Positions 57,216-64,000 of a stretch of DNA of 64,000 nucleotides are shown here, piece by piece. Position 1 is the stretch's first letter, and every line of letters starts with the position of its first letter. The translations under genes were made by a program, and so were the position numbers. The DNA comes from Candidatus Wirthbacteria bacterium (GTDB taxonomy: Bacteria; Patescibacteriota; CG2-30-54-11): assembly GCA_903889905.1 (NCBI GenBank), contig CAISZI010000040.1, positions 148-64,147 on the forward strand, in the 5' to 3' direction. The notes beneath the pieces were generated by a model that was not told where the DNA came from, searched no databases, and saw nothing but the letters and a program-made list of their open reading frames with translations.

Positions 57216-57340
57216 GCTTACTAACCATTAAATGTGTTTGTATTTTATCAATTTGGGCCCAAAAAGCAAGTTTCGGGCAAATGAAAAATTGTGTTATAAT
57301 TAAATGATCAGTCCATGACTCAAACAAAAGGAACATAAGC

Positions 57341-58384
57341 ATGTTTCAACCAATAAATCTCAAAACCCGTATTCCACTCGTGTTTAGTCTGTCAGTGCTG
57401 ATGCTGGCAGCGACAATGTTTGTTACGCAAGTGTTTGCCAGTGCCAGTGTTCAATTCATTACACCTGCCTCTGGCTCCACGCTCAATGGTAAGACACAAA
57501 TTGAGGTAGCCTCGGCCGACGCCAGTTCAGTGTCCATTTATCTGACCCGGTCTGGCACCAGCAGTAATACGTTGCTCGGTCAAGCCCGTCGCGGCTCATC
57601 CGGCAACTGGATCCTGGAATGGGATATGAGTGCTGTTGCATCGGGTGAGGTCGAATTACAGGCCAAAGCACTAGATAGCCATAATAACGTTTTGCCTTCG
57701 GCTAGCGTCAATGTCAGCGTCATTGGTTTACCCAAAACAACGCCAGTTTCCGCACCGGTAACAAAACCCACCCCACCCGCACCAGTCACAGCAGCCATAA
57801 TTCCTTCAATCCCGTTGACGTTGAACCATACGAATTCATTGCAAGCCATTGCTTCCCCAGTATTGCACCAGATCACGCTTGCCCAAAGTTCTATCCCCAA
57901 TGCGGCAGCGTTACAATCCGTGCCGGTCAGCGATCATTTGTATCCCACGGGATTATCGATTGGACGTTTTGCACCGAGCGGTGGCGTCACAAGTTGGGAT
58001 TATGAAACAGCTATTGCGGGCCACGGACCAGCCAATGCCAAAGTCGAGCTGCATGTCTATAGTGAACCCATTGTTGTCAGCACAACGACCAATGCGCAGG
58101 GCGATTTCGTCTATCATTTTGATCAAAGCCTGCCTGCAGGTGATCATGAAATATATATTGCCGTTGCAGATTCTGCCGGACAATCAACAGAACGCAGCAA
58201 TATCTTTACTTTTGTTGTGGGTGCGGCGGTGGCTTCAGATTATCCCACCACAGCGCTCAATGCCGTGACCGACAATGATCAGATGCTGCTCTGGAATTAT
58301 GTTGCGGTGACGCTGGGGATAATTGCCGTCGTGGGTATTGGTTTCCTGCTTGCCAAGAAGTTACTGTTTAAATCTCCCAAATAA
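57341..58384 (+). CDS. Secreted/surface protein: signal peptide, two Ig-like (Big) beta domains separated by a Pro/Thr linker, C-terminal TM anchor
   Basis: N-terminal signal sequence (LVFSLSVLMLAATMFVTQVFA), PTPPAPV linker and a C-terminal hydrophobic helix followed by KKLLFKSPK. Confidence 0.5.
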   Translation: MFQPINLKTRIPLVFSLSVLMLAATMFVTQVFASASVQFITPASGSTLNGKTQIEVASADASSVSIYLTRSGTSSNTLLGQARRGSSGNWILEWDMSAVASGEVELQAKALDSHNNVLPSASVNVSVIGLPKTTPVSAPVTKPTPPAPVTAAIIPSIPLTLNHTNSLQAIASPVLHQITLAQSSIPNAAALQSVPVSDHLYPTGLSIGRFAPSGGVTSWDYETAIAGHGPANAKVELHVYSEPIVVSTTTNAQGDFVYHFDQSLPAGDHEIYIAVADSAGQSTERSNIFTFVVGAAVASDYPTTALNAVTDNDQMLLWNYVAVTLGIIAVVGIGFLLAKKLLFKSPK

Positions 58385-58399
58385 TTTTCGGTTAAAGCC

Positions 58400-59776
58400 A
58401 TGCAGTTTATCAAAAACAAAATTTCCTCTTATATTCGTTTCCTGGCTGACAATCAGCAGGTTTTTCTATCGTTGCTGTTGATTTTGCTTGTTCCTGGCAT
58501 TCTGGTGTTCAATACGGTGTTTGTGGTCAAGTCCATGGACGACAATATGAATTACGAACTGCGCCTCAAAGCCGAAATGGCTGGCAGTATCGTGGCACGC
58601 TACTCGTCGGATTTGCTTGGCGATCCAACCCAGCTGCAAGCCAAAATCAAACTTACCGTCGATGAAAGTCTGCACAGTTCCACTCGCAAAGTGACGATCA
58701 TGGTGCCTGAGGGTGAGAATTTTCAGGTGCTGGCCTCATCGGATCAAAGTGAAATTAGCCAAATTCGGCCGCAGCTGCAGTACACCGTTGCCTGGCATCA
58801 ACATGCCACCATTGCTCAACTTGTCCAAACGGTTCAAAATCACCAGACCGAGCGTCTCTGGCAGGTGGTGACGCCTATTGCCACGCCCACAGGTTCAAAG
58901 CTCGGTTTGGTCGAAATCCTGGTTTCTACTGCCGACATGGATGCCCGTACTCAAACTGTGCTGGTCAATTCGGTGTTGGTACTGGTGGCTTCCATTGGTC
59001 TGGTGCTGCTGTTGATTGCCAACAATGCCCGTTTGTTTCAATACGCTTTGCTGTTCCACAAACTGCAGGAAGTGGACAAAATGAAGGATAACTTCATCTC
59101 GATCGCTTCCCACGAACTCAAAACTCCCGTGACCGCTGCCAAAGGCTTCCTGAGTCTGGTGGAACAGGAAAAGCAAGTCCTGCCAGCCGAAATCCAGTCG
59201 GACATCAATAAAGCCAATATGAGCCTGGAACGGCTTTCTGACCTGGTCAACGACCTGCTCAATGTCAGCCGCATCGAACAAAAACGGCTTGCCATTGATC
59301 CGGTGCCGACGGACATCCGGACTGTGGTGGGTGAGGTTTTTGAAGATTTGTCCGGCTCAGCCCAAAAAAAAGGACTGACGATTGAGTATCACCCGTTCAC
59401 AGGTGAATTGCCTCCGGTCTTGATCGACCCCGCCAAATTTCGTCAAATCATGGTTAATCTGCTCACCAACGCCATCAAATACACCATTTCCGGCAAAGTG
59501 GAAGTGAATATCATTTTTGAAGATTTGGGCAAAGTAGCCGTCAGTGTCAAGGATACCGGTATAGGCATGTCTGCAGGCGATATGGAAAAGTTGTTTACCC
59601 AGTTCTATCGCGTCCGCAATCGCAAAGCTCGCGACATTGTCGGTACGGGCCTCGGACTCTGGATCACCAAACAGCTGACCGAGATGATGGATGGCAAAAT
59701 TCTGGTTGAAAGCATCGAAGATGTCGGTTCCCGTTTCACGGTCGTCTTTTCCGTCATCCCGACCAAGAAGAAATAA
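58400..59776 (+). CDS. Sensor histidine kinase (two TM helices, HisKA H-box SHELKTP, HATPase_c)
   Basis: H, N, G1 and G2 boxes read directly. Confidence 0.8.
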   Translation: MQFIKNKISSYIRFLADNQQVFLSLLLILLVPGILVFNTVFVVKSMDDNMNYELRLKAEMAGSIVARYSSDLLGDPTQLQAKIKLTVDESLHSSTRKVTIMVPEGENFQVLASSDQSEISQIRPQLQYTVAWHQHATIAQLVQTVQNHQTERLWQVVTPIATPTGSKLGLVEILVSTADMDARTQTVLVNSVLVLVASIGLVLLLIANNARLFQYALLFHKLQEVDKMKDNFISIASHELKTPVTAAKGFLSLVEQEKQVLPAEIQSDINKANMSLERLSDLVNDLLNVSRIEQKRLAIDPVPTDIRTVVGEVFEDLSGSAQKKGLTIEYHPFTGELPPVLIDPAKFRQIMVNLLTNAIKYTISGKVEVNIIFEDLGKVAVSVKDTGIGMSAGDMEKLFTQFYRVRNRKARDIVGTGLGLWITKQLTEMMDGKILVESIEDVGSRFTVVFSVIPTKKK

Positions 59777-59791
59777 GTGAGGAGAAATTTA

Positions 59792-60259
59792 GTGTTTAAT
59801 AGCATCACCAAAATGACAAAAAAAAAGAGCAGTTTATCAACGCTTGCCAACCACAAGACAATCAGCGATGCCCGTCGCATGCTGCCACTTGCGGAGCTGA
59901 AGATCCTGATGGTGGAAGACGACCCGTTTTTGCGCGACCTTTACCAGCGTATTTTTGACCGTGCCAGCATCAAGGTAGAACTGGCGCGCGACGGTGAAGA
60001 GGGTTTTGACGTGGTCAAAGCCCAGAAACCCGATCTGATGCTGCTCGACGTGATGTTGCCCGGCATTACTGGTCCCGAACTATTGAGCAAAATGGCCAAA
60101 GAACTGGAATATGTCCCCATGGTGATCATGCTCTCCGACCTGGATCAGATTGGCGTGAAAGACAAATGCATCAACCTGGGTGCCAAAGCATTTATTTCCA
60201 AAAACGACGTGAGTGGCCCGGAGTTGCTACGGAAGGTTGAAGAAATCTTGAAAGCGTAG
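59792..60259 (+). CDS. Single-domain CheY-like response regulator (start uncertain: GTG 59792 or ATG 59879)
   Basis: LMVEDD ... LLDVMLPG ... receiver motifs. No output domain. Confidence 0.75.
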   Translation: MFNSITKMTKKKSSLSTLANHKTISDARRMLPLAELKILMVEDDPFLRDLYQRIFDRASIKVELARDGEEGFDVVKAQKPDLMLLDVMLPGITGPELLSKMAKELEYVPMVIMLSDLDQIGVKDKCINLGAKAFISKNDVSGPELLRKVEEILKA

Positions 60260-60509
60260 GCTTGACCATACCTTAAACGAGGCTTAAAATTAATACCTGA
60301 ACTCATCAGGCGAAAAAAGCTGATTTCACCCTAATACCAAAACCCGTTTCCGCAGGTTAGCCCTCAAAAAGCAAAAACAGAAATGTTTAAACCATGGAAA
60401 CGGATTTTTTTATGAGGGAAAATCATTAAGTATATTGTTCGACAAGCAAGTAAAGTAACTAGACGTCACATTTAATAATACAAGGAGTGACGAGAAAATA
60501 TTGAGCGTA

Positions 60510-60659
60510 ATGGTGACATCGCGCAAGCCACGGTTTGTTTACACAGGCAAAGGTGACTACGCCGCCACGTCGCGGGCGTCGTTTAAGAGGGTGAAGGCAC
60601 AGGCGATAGAGGATGTGCGGTGGCGGATTGAGGAGATGGAGAAAAGAGTTAATTCGTAA
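60510..60659 (+). CDS. 49-aa ORF duplicating the C-terminal tail of the downstream 340-aa protein (MVTSRKPRFVYTGKGDYAATSRASFKRVKAQAIEDVRWRIEEMEKRVNS)
   Basis: About 88% nucleotide identity to 61555-61682. An AAGGAG lies ~25 nt upstream. Confidence 0.3.
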   Translation: MVTSRKPRFVYTGKGDYAATSRASFKRVKAQAIEDVRWRIEEMEKRVNS

Positions 60660-60671
60660 TTGGAGTTTGAC

Positions 60672-61682
60672 ATGGTTGAAATTTCCAAAGAAATAATGGC
60701 AGATGCTGTCAGAATATTGAACTTCCTCGAAAACCCGGCTTACTTTTGCGACAAAAGGACACACCTGTTGATGGGAAATGAGTTGATGCTGAAAATGTTT
60801 GGATTAAATGAAAAAATGGCCAGTCACATTCTTGGTAAAAACTGGATTGACGTACTTTTGGATCAGAATTTCGGTGTTCGATCGATAATCCCGCCAGCTG
60901 AGTGGGAAAAATTAGCTTTGCAACAATTGGTCAAAATTCGTCAGCTTTACCCCAAAGAAAGCATTCTCGAATTTGAACGAGAAATGTCAAAATATCAAGA
61001 GTTTGATTACTTGTGGCAAAAGAGTAAAGAGTTGGTTTCGGCAAACCCAATTTTTGAACGTGGCGTGATGAAGTTTGATTTGGCTGGATCTACCAAAACA
61101 TTTATCCTCTTGGCTTATCATTATCCAACTCAGGATTATTTGATTGTAGAGTATTTGCCGGCAGATAAGGGCACAACCGATTTCTTGGATTTGATGAGAA
61201 AAGAAAGAGAACCAACAGAAATTTCAGATCATTTTGTTACAGAAATGATACGAAATTACAGTTTGATCAGGAAGTTGAGGGAATCACCGATAATCCTGAT
61301 GAATTGTGTTAAAAAAGAAGCGGACTGTTCAGGCAATGACTTGATTAATGCTCTACGAACTATAGTGGACAAGGTCATTGGCGGTTTTGAACCCAATACC
61401 AATTTTTCAATTCGATCATCTGTTCGTCTCAAATACGAAATCCTCCGCATGATGGCCTACGAAGGTGCCACCGACGAGCAGATCATGTGGGACCTGGGCT
61501 TCGAGCCTGACAGCGACTTCTGGGCCAAGCGCAATGGCGACATTGCGCGCAAACCACGGTTCCCCTACACGGGCAAAGGCGATTACGCTGCCACGTCACG
61601 GGCGTCGTTTAAGAGGTTGAAGGCTCAGGCGATTGAGGATGTGAGGTGGCGGATCGAGGAGATGGAGAAAAGAACTAATTAA
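60672..61682 (+). CDS. Hypothetical protein with a possible C-terminal LuxR/GerE-type HTH (LKYEILRMMAYEGATDEQIMWDLGF). The N-terminal region has no family assignment. Located in an AT-rich block.
   Basis: ORF present. HTH guess by eye. The C-terminal 44 aa are repeated upstream. Confidence 0.45.
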   Translation: MVEISKEIMADAVRILNFLENPAYFCDKRTHLLMGNELMLKMFGLNEKMASHILGKNWIDVLLDQNFGVRSIIPPAEWEKLALQQLVKIRQLYPKESILEFEREMSKYQEFDYLWQKSKELVSANPIFERGVMKFDLAGSTKTFILLAYHYPTQDYLIVEYLPADKGTTDFLDLMRKEREPTEISDHFVTEMIRNYSLIRKLRESPIILMNCVKKEADCSGNDLINALRTIVDKVIGGFEPNTNFSIRSSVRLKYEILRMMAYEGATDEQIMWDLGFEPDSDFWAKRNGDIARKPRFPYTGKGDYAATSRASFKRLKAQAIEDVRWRIEEMEKRTN

Positions 61683-61730
61683 GTGTCGGGTTTCCTGGTG
61701 CTCACTAAGCATCAATTATCTAGAATTGCG

Positions 61731-63638
61731 TTAGTTGTCGCCTGGAAATATAAATCCCGCCTGCACAAGTTGTCTCAAATTAGTGAGATTCACAATGCGT
61801 TGCGAAAAATGTTTGCGAGTGGTTCTGTTTTGCATGAAATCACTTAGAAGATAAGTATATCCGGTTTGATTTGGCTTTTTGCGCTCTTGACGAAAGGGTT
61901 TGTTGAGATAGGTAAGCATATCCTTGACAGGCATGTCGCCATTGGCGAGGCAAGCTTTGACCCGGTCAGCACTTGTCTTGTACTTAACAATACATAGATG
62001 TTCACTTCGCTGGACAGCAAAATCAGGGTCATAAAAAAGTGCAATCATACCCAGAAGGTGATCGGTATGCATATTTGGAGTGATGTTTTGATTTGGGGAT
62101 GGATAAAGTTGTTGATTAATTTCAGCCAGTGGATTTAATAGCCCTGCTTCAGGGATCTGATCGGGCGAGATTGCACTTCCATTCGTCACATAATCGCGGA
62201 TGGTAGGTTTATTCACCTCAAGCGCAATATAGGTTGCCGGAGATTGTCCAAGCTTACATTTGTAAAAAGCGGCATCTCGACCCAGTAGTGAGGACAAGAC
62301 GCTTTGATTGTCATCGCAAGACGACAAGACAGCTAATATCCCAGGGTGCTTATCACTTATTGGCACAGAATGACGGAAAACCGTTTTGGGTTGATGCGTA
62401 TGGAGCGAAATATGATCGTTAATTATGCGAAATGTGTTTGGGTCTGTTTTCAGAACCAGGACAGACCTCGGGGCGTCGTCCCATGCCTCCCGTTGCTGGC
62501 GCGTGGATGGCATGTGCCAATGTGCTGCATATTGAACGGATGTTCGTTGCTGACCTGTTGGTTTTAACCAGTTCTGTACAAAAACACCAATGGGATCCTG
62601 GGCGTCAGACATCTGGTCAAAGAGCCGGTCACTACTGTTCAGGATACTAAAAGAAAGGGCGTCATCCGCGCGCAGAGGGAGTGGATGGTCATTGTCGGCG
62701 GCATGAGCATCAAGTTTAAAGTTTTTTATCTGGGTCCCAAGTCGTATACCACTGGCTTCGAGTCTGCTGATGATCAGGTCCGACATCTCTCGCCAACCAA
62801 GGAAAGTCGCCAAATTGGCAGCAATACGACCGCGCAGGAGTTTAACGTCTTTCATTTTGCCATCCAGATTTTCGCAGATATCAGCAATTTTAATAAAAAA
62901 GGCACGCCAATGCTCAGGTGACTTGGTTGCCGATTCAAACACGTGGAGCAGAGAGTAAACCACGTGCAGTATTTTTTCCTGATCCTTTTCGCCAAGGGTT
63001 CCGCTGGTTTCTTCGATTAAATCAGCTATGACCCGATACAGGGGATGTTTTTGGAGCATCTCATGGTTCAGGTTGGTTGGGAGATCGGGCTCGGTAACCG
63101 CAGCAATCACTTCTGTGAGCGTTTGGGCGCGGGCGGTATTGCCAAACAGTGTTTGGATCTGGTTGATCCAGGCGGCCGCTTTTAACCCGTCACCCAGATC
63201 CACATCTTCAACCACGTCATGCAGCAGGGCAGCGGCAATCGTGATAGCATCTAAATTGGCCTGCATCAAATGTTGGGCAATAGCGATGGGGTGCATAATA
63301 TAAAGTTCACCATTTTTGCGTCGCCTGGCTTTGAGGTCATGGTTCGATTGATGCGCAAAAGTGGCCAGATCGAGGGCTCGAATGATAAAGGCTGCGTCCG
63401 ATGGATGATATCTCTGTCTGATCTCATGGCTGATTGTAATGTAGGTGTTTTCAAAAAGTCGCCACGCATTATCGCAGCTCATGTTATTGACCAAATCAGG
63501 CCCTGAATCGGTTGGATGCGCATAGTCTCTGAAGCGATGGATGTCATCGATTTGAGCCTCAGGCCCGATGTCAAAAAAAATACTTGGCATTTTTGGCTCT
63601 AATGGTTTAAAGCGATCCATCACGCGTTTTTTGAACAA
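61731..63638 (-). CDS. Rel/SpoT-type HD (ppGpp-hydrolase-like) domain protein with an ~90-aa N-extension and an ~360-aa C-terminal region of unknown function
   Basis: RALDLATFAHQSNHDLKARRRKNGELYIMHPIAIAQHL...AALLHDVVEDV...KIADICENL matches the SpoT/RelA hydrolase HD signature. The rest is unrecognised. Confidence 0.65.
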   Translation of the reverse strand: MFKKRVMDRFKPLEPKMPSIFFDIGPEAQIDDIHRFRDYAHPTDSGPDLVNNMSCDNAWRLFENTYITISHEIRQRYHPSDAAFIIRALDLATFAHQSNHDLKARRRKNGELYIMHPIAIAQHLMQANLDAITIAAALLHDVVEDVDLGDGLKAAAWINQIQTLFGNTARAQTLTEVIAAVTEPDLPTNLNHEMLQKHPLYRVIADLIEETSGTLGEKDQEKILHVVYSLLHVFESATKSPEHWRAFFIKIADICENLDGKMKDVKLLRGRIAANLATFLGWREMSDLIISRLEASGIRLGTQIKNFKLDAHAADNDHPLPLRADDALSFSILNSSDRLFDQMSDAQDPIGVFVQNWLKPTGQQRTSVQYAAHWHMPSTRQQREAWDDAPRSVLVLKTDPNTFRIINDHISLHTHQPKTVFRHSVPISDKHPGILAVLSSCDDNQSVLSSLLGRDAAFYKCKLGQSPATYIALEVNKPTIRDYVTNGSAISPDQIPEAGLLNPLAEINQQLYPSPNQNITPNMHTDHLLGMIALFYDPDFAVQRSEHLCIVKYKTSADRVKACLANGDMPVKDMLTYLNKPFRQERKKPNQTGYTYLLSDFMQNRTTRKHFSQRIVNLTNLRQLVQAGFIFPGDN

Positions 63639-64000
63639 AGCGGTCAGCTCTTCCGGTCAAATCAACCATGCGACTTCTAAAGGTTTTAAATTTCATGTTG
63701 GGAGCAAGTGATCTTAATCTAGTAACAGGTGACAGACATAGATCTGGATGATATTGCGATAGCGTTGACTTGGCTCGTTCCTCAAATCCTTCGATTTTGA
63801 GGAGTTCTTGCACTTCTTCAACCGTCATGTCGGCGCTTAAAAATGTGATCCATGGTAAGGTCTCTCCCGTTTTGATTTTTTGTAACCATCTGACCGGAAC
63901 AACGGGATTCTCACCGCGTTGAAAGGGGAGGTCTTCGTAGTAGCAAAAAGACACCATGCTCTGGATAAAATCGAGCCAGGTGGGGTCTGTATCATCCAGT
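63607..64000 (-). CDS. Hypothetical protein, 5'-partial. The ORF stays open past the window end and overlaps the start of the HD-domain gene by 32 nt.
   Basis: In-frame codons continue without a stop from 63957 to 64000. Confidence 0.35.
   Translation of the reverse strand, partial: LDDTDPTWLDFIQSMVSFCYYEDLPFQRGENPVVPVRWLQKIKTGETLPWITFLSADMTVEEVQELLKIEGFEERAKSTLSQYHPDLCLSPVTRLRSLAPNMKFKTFRSRMVDLTGRADRFVQKTRDGSL

Noticed and set aside
1-64000. tRNA/rRNA genes
   Set aside because: I found no T-loop (GGTTCGAATCC-type) cloverleaf candidates or rRNA-like stretches in the intergenic regions.

Overview
This 64 kb window reads as chromosomal DNA from a bacterium of roughly 50% GC. TTG and GTG start codons are common. 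Gene order is Firmicutes/Chloroflexi-like (holB–yaaT/PSP1, rpsU–yqeY, a SpoIIM-like gene). It is dense with core metabolism: class I ribonucleotide reductase (nrdAB), carAB, a serine biosynthesis operon, and a complete de novo pyrimidine cluster (pyrB, pyrF, pyrC, pyrE, pyrDK) followed by prs. Housekeeping genes follow: recO, rluD, rfbB, holB, rsmE, rpsU, uvrB, rel, recJ, asnS, nusA and a two-component system. No rRNA, tRNA or CRISPR array was found.

The main peculiarities are these:
- Unusual single-ORF domain fusions: ThrC plus a LeuA-dimer-like domain; SerB plus SerA; a COG2403-like P-loop NTPase plus ornithine carbamoyltransferase (OTC) directly after carbamate kinase; and PyrB plus an MGS-like domain.
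- Two dispersed families of small palindromic repeats. One is a roughly 100 bp MITE-like element with GTCATTGCGAGG/CCTCGCAATGAC termini (4 copies). The other is a set of G/C hairpin clusters built on CTCTCCCCC-loop-GGGGGAGAG (3 loci). Some sit inside operons.
- A promoter, leader-peptide and terminator attenuator upstream of carA.
- Two places where the 3' end of a gene is duplicated nearby: OTC at 23.0/23.5 kb and an unknown gene at 60.5/61.6 kb. The first flanks an AT-rich islet of small coiled-coil ORFs.
- AT-rich orphan genes: a 983-aa protein between nrdA and carA, and a terminal block holding a Rel/SpoT-type HD domain fused to a large unknown C-terminal region.

These are the best candidates for undescribed biology. 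None can be assigned to a known defence or mobile system from sequence alone.
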